A DNA stretch of 64,000 bases from Tubulanus polymorphus (Eukaryota; Animalia; Nemertea). The first letter of the stretch is position 1, and each line of letters starts with the position of its first letter. The notes below the pieces were generated by a model. The model ran no database searches and was not told the DNA's origin. It saw only the letters and a list, made by a program, of their open reading frames with translations. Shown here piece by piece: positions 50,201 to 63,127 of this stretch. The translations under genes were made by a program, and so were the position numbers. The DNA is taken from positions 14,454,655-14,518,654 of the forward strand of contig NC_134033.1 of assembly GCF_964204645.1 (NCBI RefSeq). Direction: 5' to 3'.

Positions 50201-53200
50201 AACACGGCAGTGTTTGTTGCCCTCGCATTTTAAGTCTATTCGGGTAATGAAACCGTCGATGTTGCATTCGTAGCCAACGCCGCACACCTTTTCTCCCCAA
50301 CTTTCTCCTGGCTATTTTAATACGAAAATGTATAAAAAGAAAATGGTTCTCATTTGAGCTGTTTCGACTCGATCCAAGCATTAAAGACAGAGTAAGGAGT
50401 CGAGTCCAGTTCCACAATCGCGAGTTAGAATTAACGCCGAGTTGAGATTTTTTCATTTTTAATGAGTTGACTTTTTTGTGTGAGATCTATAACTCTTAAT
50501 ATAACCATGGACGTTTTCTGAAGAGTCGATGCTTAAATTTAGGCCTACCCAGCTCTGAGTTGGTTTTGACTGTAAATACGTAGATGAGATACATAAATAC
50601 AACTGATCTAAACAATGGGTTGACTTTAAGACACAACTGTGGATCTGATCCCTGAACGAACAATCTCTGCCCAGTTATCGAGGATTCCACAATTGTGAGT
50701 TGGAGTAAACTCCGAGTTAAGATTAGTGCATTTTCAATGAGTTAACTCCGAGTCAAATCTTTACACAGAACTGTGGAACTGGGTCCAGATGATTTACCAA
50801 ATAATACGAGTTATTGAATAGACAGCCGCATTTCGATTCTTCAACGCAGTGTTTATCGCTGAGAACGTATCCCGGTTTGCACTGACATCCTTCTACGCAC
50901 GCTTCGTGGCATATGACGTCAGCGGTGCCTTGTACGTCTGCGCATGTGCGCGGGCAGGCGGAAATACACGAGCCGAATACGGTGTTGCTATCGCGGCAGT
51001 TGTACGCTGAAATCAATATAGTTCACAAGAATTTGGTAGCTTAAAGTTGACGACGAAAATGCGACGACGACTTCGTGAAATTTGTACAAAATGCATGTAT
51101 CTATTGGATCGACGCTTTTCACTCACGACATTTTTCGATAACGGATCTCCAGTTCAGATTAACCCCTTTCTCTCGACACTGGTCGGCGTACCCTTCCAGA
51201 GCCCGACAGAGGGTGCTGTCATTGCGGTTGAAGTAGCACATGTCGTACACACAACTGTCAAACGTCATTTTCGGGTCGACCTAGTGAATGAAATGAATCA
51301 TATCAAATAGGGAAAATATGTTCACTGTTTTTAATTGCCAATAAAGGGCCCTCATTTTTACTTATGCAACTTGGTGAAAGTCACCATTGATTTCGAATCT
51401 TAGTTTACCTTTGAATGACAACTTGAGAATGGTCCGTTCGGATTAGTCAAGACACCACACGATGTATCGCTAGTAATTTCAGACCTCAATTTCTCGTCAC
51501 ATTTGTCAACGGGTTCTTCAGCATTCGCACATCTTCAGGATCAGATAATGAAATATTAAACATGAAATTACCTAGGGGCCCGGTTTTATAGACTAATGTT
51601 ACCTTGAACCCGTGGGCTAACGTAATGCATTTTCAATTGAGTTAACCCCCGGGTAAAAGGTAATACCAGTCTATAAAACCAGGTCCAGATTTTGAATGTC
51701 CACGATTTGTTTTTCCGTTTCGATTGAACTTACTCGCCAGATTCAGTGACTAGTTTATAACTGTTACCGATGTCCGATCCGCGGTTTGTTTTCATGCCGT
51801 ATTTCGTTACTTTATCGTTAGAACTATCGCCGTCACAATCGCCGCAAATACCGCACATTTTAGTTTTATACTCGTCCGATATCTCGACCTACAATTTACG
51901 CAATATTATCGCAATTTTCGATCAAAATGTCAAAATATATGTCGACGTTTAGGTCTTGATGGCTAAAATGTTCACAAAATGACAGTTTTTACAAATTTGT
52001 TTAAATTTTTTCAATTTTCTTACCGTCGATGAAAATGTCGAAATGTATGTCGACCTTTATTTTTAAGTCCTAATGGCTAAAATTTTCCAAAAGTGACATT
52101 TTTACAAATGTGTTTTTTTTTCTTACCTTTACGACGCTATCGCCGTCGAATGTGACTACCAGACCGAATTCGGTGCTCAACACGACATTTTCTCCGCTGA
52201 TACGGATAGAAATAGTATTTTCCGGCATCGCAGGAACGGTCGTCAAAACACCATCGACCTATATGCGTATGAAGCCGGTTAAGTCAAATTAGCATAGATA
52301 TTTGCATGATATGCAAATTATATCAGGTCTTACATGAGATCCATAGCAAAGAATATCTCATTCAGGCTGAACACATAGCATTTCGGGTATGCAACAATGT
52401 CGGTATATTTCCACTATGGCCCATAATGAATTCAAAGATTCAGGGTTTGCATTCACTTGAAATAAACCGTTGCAGTATATCATTAAACTTACAAATACGT
52501 CCTTGTCTTTTGCTAGTTTGATCACGTGCCCGTGCACGTGCACGATCACGTGTTCTATATAGGAGACTGACGTCACACCGTTTCGATTTTCGTTTTTAAC
52601 GTACACCTTAAAATCCGGCAACGAGCCCCTGGCAGTCGAGCACGGTTCGGCCAGCGTGTACGCGCACGTGCCTTGGAACGTAATGACGGCGTCATCGAAT
52701 GTCCGAAAATGCGGGTCACCGTATCCGATGCAGAAGTTTTTTTCTAAATCGAGAGAAAATTATTTTGTTCTAAGTTTGCAAAGGTAAATATCGAGAATGG
52801 AACCCGGGTATGGGACTTAAACGGCAAATGCGCTAACCAGTGGACCAACAGATATATAGGAGCAGTTATTATACAAATTCATGCCATAATTCGGAATTCA
52901 CGTGATTACACTGTTGATTGTAAAGGGTGACATTGGGGATAGATGGTTTGAGATGATGTTTGACTCTTACCGACTTTGGATTGTAGAGGGATATCAGATT
53001 AAGGATAAATTGGGGAAATTCCGGTAATTACTAAGGATAAGATTGGATATAGATGGTTTTAGGTGATGTTTGACTCTTACCGACTTTGATGCAGGCTCCT
53101 TTCAGCAGGTAGTAACCTTTACCACATTGGCACTCGTACCCTATCGGTTTATCGATACACTTCGTTCCGATCGGACACGACATCGGGAACTCTTCGCATT

Positions 53201-56200
53201 CGTTCATGGCTATAAAACAAAGATGACTTAACTTGGTTAATTCTTCGCCCCTAGCCTAGATCCTTCGGTTGCGAATAAGTCAACCGAATATTTGGGCTTT
53301 GGGCTTTAATATTACTGTAGTTCATGTTGATTTTGCCAAAAATGTTACCAATTTTACGATTCAGTCATGACTGCGTCTCAGGACCCAGATCCAAAGTGTA
53401 TGTAAATGCATCACTATTTGATGAATAATTCAAATATCGAATCAACATTGCATATGTTTTTAATATTTTATTACTCGGACAAAGCTGGAATCGAATCTAA
53501 AATTCCATTACAGTTAGACTTTGATTGTATAATGCATTTTCCGGTATTTCCAATTTATGCTAAAATAAATATCTATATGTATATATTCTTCAATACGCGC
53601 CGAATTCGTTTATAAAGCCTTTATCGAGGCATTGCCTCCAAGCGTTAAACTGACATCGGTAGCGTTTATTCATCCGATGCTGGAATAAACGTTTAGAGAA
53701 AATGCGATGGGAAACGATGCTACGATAAAAGCAACATTTCGCGCAAAATAACGACACAAGCTTCGGATCAGCAAAAACCGAAAACAACCAGTGAAACGTC
53801 GGAAGCATATACAAAAAATGGGAAATGCATCCGTAAACGTAGATTGTCCACCGAAATCGGCAAGATTCGTGTTCGTTCATTACATATTCGTCTACGGAAT
53901 AGGAAGTGTTTGTGCGATTGGTATAGTCGGTAACGTGCTCAATTTGATCGTGTTCAGTTTCGAAAAACAAGTCTTATTATCGGTGAAAATACTGAAGGTG
54001 TTGGCTTGTTGCGATATGTCGTTTCTGACAGTGTGTTTCGTGTACTTTTTCGTCAGACACGTTCGACACAGAATTGAATTCGGAGATATGGTTTACAGGT
54101 ATGGCGACTACAACATCGGCGCGAAATTGGCATATTCAACTGTCGTGTTGTGTTATATCACGCAACAAACCAGGAACTGGATAACCGCTTATATTTCTGT
54201 CGTTCGATTCTTGAATGTAAAATTCCCACTCTGGTCCAGACGAGTTTTGACGTGGAAGTTATCTAAAGTTAGCATTGGTTTCATGTTTTTGCTTGCCGTC
54301 ACGTGTCACGGCCCGCGTTATCTATTTTTCCACATCGAATACGAGCTACTGCGAGACTGCTCATTCTCTATATTGATACCTATTATAAAAACCACGCCTG
54401 TTTTATTAACTCGTTATGATGTGACGATCTATTTCGGATTTCTGGTCGGATTTCCGATGCTTATCCTCTACGTTACGAATCTAGCCTTGTTGAGTTCAGT
54501 TAATTTTGCTCGCTCTAAGCGTTCGAAAATTCTCGCAAGTGGTCCACCACGAAAAGGCAGCGAACGACAAGCCGATAAAATGGTGACAGCAATTTTGCTG
54601 ATTTTTACAATTTGTGAAACGCCAGCCTGCATCGACCGAGTTGCAAGCGTAGCGGGTTTTAAATTCAAATCGGTCGATTTCATACAATTTGCCAGAAAGT
54701 CTGGGCTCTTTCTGGTAGTTCTCGATTCGGCGTTGAATTTCTTTGTCTATCTCTCCATAAATGCCAAATTCAGACAAAATTTAAAAAGGCTAATTAAAGG
54801 CTAAACAAAAACGAAACCTTGTTTCTCCGCAGCGGCCGGGTCATTTTGTAAAATGCAATATAATTTGTAATCAATTTATTTCTACCGGTGCCGGCTCTGT
54901 TATGGTGAAATTGGTCACGATTTTAAAAAGAAGTAATGTACAGGGTAGATAGGCGGCCGGTCGGGTAAACTTTTAAGCTCAGCAGAAATGAGAAACAAAG
55001 TATCAATTTTATAGCCTAAAAGCATAAATATCACTAATATTGGTCACAAGTGTTATCATTCATCCGTATCAAAAGCATGATGTAAAAAGTCAAATGTGTT
55101 AAATATGAAACAAAAGAGAATGAATGGGAGTATAATGTATCACAGCACGAAAAAAAAACAAAGAATATTCCAGCAAAAGATTTTGTATAGAAAGCGAAGA
55201 TCTGTATGATATCAGTAAATGATAAATACAATATTCCGAAAACTTACATTGACTGTTCTTGGAAGCAAAATCCAGGCATCTTGCTGCATAGAGTGGCTAA
55301 ACCTTGTGGATATATACCGGTATTCATATTAATTTCTATGTATTTGACTTACGTTTGCAGGTTCGGCCGTTTTCGTCTGGTCGCTTGAATTTCGGGCATC
55401 TCATTTCGCATAAACCGCACGATATCGGACACAGTTTGAACATATTGTTCTGTAAAGTGCATTTCTTGAAATACTTCTTCAAACCGGGGCAATTCGGCGA
55501 CTTGTCGTAACAAGCTAAAATTAAGAAAGAGAGATCGGTAGCTCAGTGGGGATAAGGCTTGGAGTTTGTAAAACGATAACTCCAAGGATCAGGCGCGATG
55601 ATGATGCTTTCGCTAACAGGGCTGTAGTGATTAGTGGGTTCGAGTCCTGGTGGCTGCTAAATTGAGTGCGCGGGCAACAATTCAAAGGCCTTGGTCCCGT
55701 TAAGGTTAAATGAATAATCCAATAGGGTTTTAGTCTTGGGAAACCAAATCCAAACAAACGTCTAGAAGGGATCACGAAGCAAATAAATCCACAAAATCAC
55801 AAAATTCCCTTCATTAAAAGATGTTTAGCCCACTATGACCAGGGAGGTGGCAGTGCTGTGACTTACTCGTGTATTTTTCGCATCCGTTCGGTGAAAGTCG
55901 TGAATATTCGTAATTCTTACGACACGAACAGTAAAACGTGCCGTTTCCGTTCGTACAATTAGCCTGACCAGCGCACGCCTTCTCCAGGTCGCATTCGTTG
56001 ATATCTACGAGAAATAAACACCGAAAAACCCATGAGTTCAAGTGACTGAAAATAATCTTTCAATCCTGTATCAAACTGATTTAACAGTTTCTATATATTT
56101 CAGTAGCTTTACCTTCGCATTTTCCATTGTTATTTCGGTGACCTCTACCGCATTGCAGCGCTTGAAAAATAAAGAGCCTACATTTATTGGTTTCAATAGA

Positions 56201-59059
56201 CAAGAAGTGACTTCCTAATATCTAAAAAGTGAAAAACCCACAATAAGACGAAAAAACTAGGGGATAACTGAGCCATTTTCAAAATCTGATTTTTAAAAAT
56301 GGCTCATAGATTTGGGTTGAAACGTCTGATTCTCCCCTAGTTTTTTCATCTTATTGTAGGTTTTTCAATAATGTTTTTCTATTTATGTTTACCCGGTTCT
56401 ATACTATATACAAGGGTCGGTTAAAGTTGACCGGATTATAGTTTATTCAATAACTTACCGTCGCAGAGTTTTGCAGACATTTCAGGTGCGATGTTTTTCA
56501 GGTCGTCGAATGAGTTCACGTGTTTGAAATGGGTAAGGAACGGTTCCGACGCGTATCGGTAGGTGGCGGATGTGTTGGCGGCTACACCGACCCCTACGAC
56601 GAATATTTCTACCCAGCTGCTGACCCTGAGCCTGCACATTAGAAAGATTCGATTGAGTTACTTCGAATTTAGAAGTTCGAGAGCTCTGGGTCCGGTGCCA
56701 TTACGTGCCTTAGAGACTCGACTCGGGTATTTAGAATCACTGGGCTCAAACGGTGCATATTTTCTTTTGTATTTAAGGTACAATTAAATTGTAACACTAG
56801 GCTACTAAAACTGATACCGTGTTTCTCATAACGCTGAGCTTAAGATTTGACACGGCTGGCCGCCTATCTACCCTTTACATTATTTTTTTTCAAATCATGA
56901 TTAATTTCACCCATAGAAATGAACTGGATTACAAATGACCCAGTCGATTAGGAGAAACAAGGTGTCATTTTAAGCCTTACTGTTTGCCTTTGTGATTTAG
57001 TTTATGAATGAATTCTGTATGATTTCTTACTTTCGAGTGAAACTGATGGCCACTTGTTGTTGCGCGGGTATTGAATTAGTCACGACCACGAGGATGCGCG
57101 GATTCGCCGCCTTCTCTTTAAACGCTGTGTTCCACAACAGTTTAAACCCCTCATTCAGATAACGGAAACCTATTTGAAAACAGCTCAACTTATATTCCAT
57201 TCATACGACATACGCAGAAATCGATCTTTTGCCAAGTTATTAAAAGAGTAAAATCCCACAATAGATGAATTATAAACTAAAAAGATTATTTGAAATACGA
57301 GAGATATTTCGGGTGGTTTCTACCGCCCTTCAACGGTCTAAAATGAGAGTCATTTTAGACTGAAGCAGGGTGACAGGAACCACCCGAAATATTCTTAGTA
57401 TTTCAGTAAGTAATTCATCTATTGTGGGATTTCACTCTTACTCTCTTATCATGATTATTGTGATCTGTTGATTCAACAAGTTTTCAAAGTTTAAAGTTTT
57501 AAAAGTTAAAAAGTTAAAAAGTCTAAATATCCTTTCGGGGAAAGCAGAAAATATGCCTACAGATAGATTAAAGAACTAAAAAGAACAAAAAGTAGAATTT
57601 CAAGTATTTCAATAAGCAAAATCACGCGTAATAAGAACTAAGAGCAGAAGACTTCTGCGTGGATCAAGCAACGCCTTAAGAAGCCGCTGTTGCACACACC
57701 GAGTAGGATAGAAGTGACAGGTAGAAAACAGAAAATAGAGCGAAGTAAATACACGAGAATCGATGATTGGTGAACACGAAGTCTGGAGGAACAACTAACG
57801 CTTCAATTCAGGTCATACCTGGAGTATACGTGATCTTATCCAACTCGTCGAGAACGCTTTCCTTCGACGCCAGTTTTCCCGCTTCGATCATCATATTGGC
57901 GTTCGTAGAAGTACGGACGACTCCGACGTTTACCGAGTCCGGTCCGACGTCGAACGCGCCGATTAGGTCGTGATAAAATTGCCGGACTTTGCCGAACTGC
58001 TCGAGCGAAACGGCGTCGGAAGAATCGAGAATGAACTGAATTTCTGACAATCTTCCCTCTCCGCAGCCTCCTTTTTATAAATGTGATATCATTTTTGAGA
58101 AGTCATGCATTGAAACCAATGTACAGCAAAACAGCTGATATTTTCAATAATTTCCATTTTCTATTCAAATTTTTTTTCTTTTTTATCAATTTTTTCGATC
58201 AATTTCAATTCGTGCAGATACAATGAAAGTATCTACATTCGTATCAATGTAAAATCTTATTGAAAACTAAGTTGAACTATAATCGTGTGCTTTGCTTTTC
58301 GTTATTTCTACAGACCAAATATAAAAGTGTCTTACCACCAGTAGCGGCTAGGGCAGTGCCGATAGCGATGAGCAAAAAAACTAAACAATTAATCTGCAAG
58401 TAAAAGTTCGATTTCTAAGTGAACGAAACAGCGTGAACGACCCCGAGCTGTTCATATTTTGCATATCGTAAATAAGCAAACGGTATACTAGGCTAAACAA
58501 AATGATACCATGTTCTCCGCAGCGGTAAAATTATTTTTGTAAAATATAATGAAATTTGTAATCATTTCTATAGCTGCCGGGTCTGTTATGGTAAAATAAA
58601 TCACAATTTGATAACAAGTGTAATGTACATGGTAGATATAGGCGGCCGGCTGGGTCAACTTTTAAGCTCAGCAAAGCGGGGAAACAAGGTCTTATGATAG
58701 GCAATTTTTGATGTTTATAAAACATGCGTAAATCGATAGCAGTTGCTCAATTCACTGGGAATTCATAAACGGGCATGTTGTGCGGAGCTGAGGAAGGATA
58801 AGCTCTCCCACGATATTTCGGTTCTTGTTTCGGGTCGCATAACAAAGAAGTAAATTCTTTAACCATATATGAATTTTCAAATTACACAAAATCACAAAAT
58901 GTAGTTCCTATTTCTGATTATGCGCTTAGAATTCTTTTAGGATTTTTTAACTCATAACGTAGACGTTTTTATGATTTTACTCATCACAAATGATTCAGCG
59001 AATTCAATCTAATTTGTTAAATTGCAGATAAAAGCGAAATTGGAGAAAATTCGTACCAT
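47266..59059 (-). CDS. Secreted multidomain protein: VWA - EGF(Ca) x2 - VWD(GDPH) - C8 - TIL - TILa/EGF-like - F5/8C - two 10-Cys modules (zonadhesin/FCGBP/hemolectin/Sfp1-like)
   Basis: ATG exon ends at 59057; signal peptide exon 58336-58393 (INCLVFLLIAIGTALA). VWA ~57819-58070, 57030-57170, 56458-56627 (IQFILDSSDAV, VNVGVV, IFVVGVG). EGF DINEC ~55866-56004 and MNEC ~53081-53210. VWD CIGYGDPHFRTFD..FQGTCAY ~52493-52743 and CGICGDCDG ~51840. C8 ~51127-51535, TIL ~50797-51007, F5/8C ALGMESG/IGDAFITASS/WIQVDLG ~48800-49850. Terminal exons 48335-48496 and 47266-47504. Some internal boundaries are approximate. Confidence 0.9.
53818..54804 (+). CDS. Intronless class A (rhodopsin-family) GPCR, FMRFamide-receptor/srw-like, 328 aa
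   Basis: Seven hydrophobic segments; TM1 GIVGNVLNL, TM2 LACCD, TM3 ISVVRFLNVKFP (DRY replaced by VRF), TM5 P, TM6 FTICETP, TM7 DSALNFFVY; N-glycan site NAS. Nested antisense in an intron of the VWD gene. Confidence 0.93.
   Translation: MGNASVNVDCPPKSARFVFVHYIFVYGIGSVCAIGIVGNVLNLIVFSFEKQVLLSVKILKVLACCDMSFLTVCFVYFFVRHVRHRIEFGDMVYRYGDYNIGAKLAYSTVVLCYITQQTRNWITAYISVVRFLNVKFPLWSRRVLTWKLSKVSIGFMFLLAVTCHGPRYLFFHIEYELLRDCSFSILIPIIKTTPVLLTRYDVTIYFGFLVGFPMLILYVTNLALLSSVNFARSKRSKILASGPPRKGSERQADKMVTAILLIFTICETPACIDRVASVAGFKFKSVDFIQFARKSGLFLVVLDSALNFFVYLSINAKFRQNLKRLIKG
55535..55720 (+). mobile_element. tRNA-derived SINE-like fragment
   Basis: GTAGCTCAGTGG (A box) and GGGTTCGAGTCC (B box) with non-tRNA spacing. 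Confidence 0.45.
57243..57440. mobile_element. ~200-bp palindromic foldback element; a similar-sized foldback lies at 56230-56366
   Basis: AAGAGTAAAATCCCACAATAGATGAATTA..GATATTTCGGGTGGTT is mirrored by AACCACCCGAAATATT..TAATTCATCTATTGTGGGATTTCACTCTT. Confidence 0.75.
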
Positions 59060-62000
59060 TTTATTTGCATCCAAGCGGTTATCCACTCCACAAGAATTAT
59101 TCCTATGATTTGCAAGATTTTACGCGTATTGATTTTTGGGCGACTAATATGAGCTGTATTAAGAAACCAATGCCACTGAATGGCTCGATTCGATAAAACA
59201 ACTCGCTTTCTATTTTCGACGAAAAACAGCTCGCCTATTTTAATTGGTTGAAACTAATCGTGACGTCATTGACATATGGTGTTGATTAATGCGCACGGGT
59301 TTGTGATCGTCTGCGATATTCAATCCCATCCCGACTTTAGTCATTCGTTAAAAAATCAAAATCACCGGATACGAATTTCGCTGTATTTTCGGTAGAATTC
59401 GTGTACGGAAGTTCTATCGTTAAGTTTTGAATGCATTATCTATTTAATCATTAGAGTTTAACGATTTTAGATGTGGTGTTAGTATTTGTTCAATATGTGA
59501 ATGTTTTGAAATAGAATTTACGAAAGTACTTTTTACGAAAGAAATTTTCATTTTTGCACAAAAGACATTCAACGCTATCATTTCCGCTTTTTCAAACTTA
59601 CTTAATTTTACTCATTAAAGTATCCTAAATATAGATCAAACTCGGATTCATCCGCAAAAATACGTTTTTCCACCTTTTTTCCCGATTGATTCTGACAAAT
59701 TTTGAATCTCGCGCCAATAGAACTTCATAACGAACTCGTTCGTTCTAGTATATACCTACAGATGGCGCTGTGTGAATAATGTGACGTCACGTCAGAGAGT
59801 GGACTCGTTAAAGGAAACGTCGTTGCGGGAAAATGAATTTTATCGAACGCGATCTTCGTCAACTTGGATTAATGCATTTCGCAAAACGGACGAAAAGAAG
59901 AGAAAATAGTTTTTTGAATATGATTCTGTATTTCGTTGATAAACTACCATTAAAATATGGAATAACATACAATATGGTACGTGGCTCGAACGAATAGAAC
60001 AATCTTTGACAACGTTTTTCGATTATTGATTGTTCCGCGCAGTTGGGCATTGATTCCCATTTGCTTTTACTTAAGTATCTTTTAGAAAGGCAGGGAAATG
60101 ATTCAAATGAAATGAAATGATTAAAACGCTTCAAATTTTTTCGGCGACACTTCGCACATGCTGCGATCACGAATGGGTTCCGGCCTCACTCCTTCCCCAA
60201 TGCGCACGGGCCGTGCGGGTTCACCTATAATGGTCGTTTAATTTCGATAGCCCGTCAGCTGCAAAAGCTACCTAAAACTTAAAAACTATCAAAGATTTTA
60301 GGGAACCGTCAGATATTTATTTTGCTTTTTAATTGTAAATTTCTTCAGCAAAATTACGAGCCTGAGAACGAATACATTCGACATAATGTGTTTCCCTATC
60401 CTTGATTTTGCGAATCTAGATCATATTGCAATGACTTCAAAGAGTCCCTCCCGATTATTTAATATAGTGAATTTTCTCTGACGTGATAAAAGTTTGTATT
60501 CATTCAATCATGCAAAAAATGCATCTGAATAATATCTTGGAATTAAATTTGAAAAAGATCTATATTTCAAATTCGTCAATTGTCAACTTGGGTGGTTGGA
60601 CATAGATCAAAAATCGAGCAATTCAGTGTGGATCGTATTTGCTTTCAAAAATTACATGTCCATGTAGTTAGATATTCGTGGCAGTGTTTAAACGAATGTT
60701 TGTACAAGAGTTCTGTGGGAAAGTTAAACAAATTGATCTCTGATTCGACAAAATTCGATGTTTTCTGCTGTTTTATTACGGTTGAACCATGCAGCTGTCC
60801 CAGTTCACTCCTAATGAGCTATCAGTCACTATCCGACCGGTAATAGGTCGACTCGCCTGTAGGGTCGGAGCATGAGACTATAGGCCTTTGACTTTTTGAT
60901 TTATAAATCTAATTTTAGAAAAAACTTATTGTATTTTGCACCCAATTTTGTGTGTCAACAAAAACTAGTGTTAGTATAGCTTAGTTATATATCTAACTTA
61001 TTCATGAGTCGACGTGTCCATTTAAAATTCATCTATCGTAAGGGATTTTCGGCCTTTTTCAATTAGCTTTCGTCTCCAGTGTCTTATCTATTTCAAGGCT
61101 GGGTCTATATTAGCCAATCCTCCCAGGGTTTTGAACCTGAGCCCGTACACGTCATAATGTACCATGGTGCTAATCGGATGGCTTTCATGTCGTGGGAGAG
61201 TCTTCGAGGTTCGACTTCATGCTGGGGGGGGGGGGGGAGGAATATTGTATCTATAACCTCGTGCCGAGCTCATGAATCCTCCGTCCTATGGCTCCACAAC
61301 ATGGTGGACTGTACCGGTCATGGGTAAAGATCGGACTTAGATCCCGGACCGCGACCAGTATTTCAGTATACCGGGATGTGACAACAGCGGTCAAGTCGAT
61401 TTATCTTGAATGAATTTCTCAGCAGCTCATGATCTACATATCTGTTTGTATAATGATCTCAGTATATTTAATGAACATGGCGGTAATAAGAGCCACACAG
61501 TCGATCAGGTTTTTTTTTATTCAATGCTTGTCACGTCCGATTGTAAAATTATTCTATATCAAACAATGGAACATATGTCGTTTTAAATCCGTTTTCAGTT
61601 ATTGATCCACATTCAGGCAATGCGCTCATTTATCTTTAACACAAGTTGGCATCAAATCTAACTCAGGACCGGGGCCACAGTTGCACACTTCATTTTGAGA
61701 TATCGCGAAGAAATGACGTTGTTTCTCCTAATCGGTCGGGTCTGTTATAGTTAACTCGATCATGATCTTTAAAAAGTATACAGGGTAGATAGGCGGCCGG
61801 GTCGTCTTCTTAGCTCAGCAGAAAGGAGAAACAAGGTCAATTTCCTTACCTAAACTTTGTTTATTTAAGTAGTAAGATAAAGTTCAAAAGATAGAGTTCA
61901 GATATAAGAAATATTTCTGGTCTATGGTTGAACTGGGGCCGAAACTGTTCGATCCCGAATCTCAAAAATGCGACATCAGTAAAACACATTTTAATCTCTC

Positions 62001-63127
62001 TTGGAATAATACGATATTATACTATGTATTTATTCAATGAATCAGTTCATGAGTTAAAATACAAAATTAGATATTCATAATCGTTATAAATCGAATCGAT
62101 CAATCAATCAACCATTGAATACAAATATCAATCAACTATTAAAAGAATTACAACAAATCATCTCGAATCAAGTAAACATCACTAAATATCTTTATAACGA
62201 TAAATACGATTAATTATCCTAAATGATTGCCTTTCATTAAAAACAAAATACTAAAGCAACTTCGAATGTGTACGACCACCATGCAGTAATACACGTGGCT
62301 AACTTGGTCCCGCTTTATGAAACTTAAATCGGGATTAATCCTAATTTTGTAGGTAATTCATACATATACATGTATAATCTTTAACCATGTACTCTAAAAC
62401 GTTCTAGACTCCATGCCTTAACTAAGGCAGGTTTCGATTGATCTCTATCGATTCAGGAATTCTCTTCTGGCGCGTTCGTTCCGACCAGACAAGATTCTAC
62501 CCATTCATGAATAGCTTAATCTGTAAACCTGATCGAAGCGGCCGGTAGAGAGTTCGTAATCCGGGTTTTGCTATTCCTAAAACTGTAATGTAACGTACAA
62601 TCGAAACCTGCCTAATTATCTGGACGATAAAACCGGCTCCTAATTCTCTTTTTGGACGGATGAGAATTTGTTCTACGCGCAGTAATTCCGGAATGCAAAT
62701 CATGATAGTGAAATAGTTTGAAGACAATCGGGGAAACGGTACAACAAATAACACTATCGTATCCAGAGAGCATCAATCAAAAGGCTCATCTCCGATAAAA
62801 TTTAGAAATGATCAAAATTAAAAGTGACGGCCTATCCAAATGACGAATTAAACTTGACAAATTGAATTCGAAATTCGAGGCGAGACTCAAAAATGGCGAC
62901 GACTTAAAGTAAGATCAGCAACTCATAACTTAAGAAATTACGATATCTAGCGCTCCTAGCGTATCCTCGACTGCCAGAGTAAGACTTTGTCGCGTTTCCC
63001 CGTCTGTCTTCAAGTGCACATGATGCTTTTAATTATAACAATAACTGATTATGGTTATTAGACACGCGTGTTTTATCAACCCGAGACACCGGCCCTGGTG
63101 AGTGAGTGAGTAGGTCGGTACGTGGCC

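Noticed and set aside
52935-53090. Duplicated splice-donor segment next to an EGF exon
   Set aside because: A local ~110-bp tandem duplication with no acceptor or open exon evident for the second copy; probably neutral
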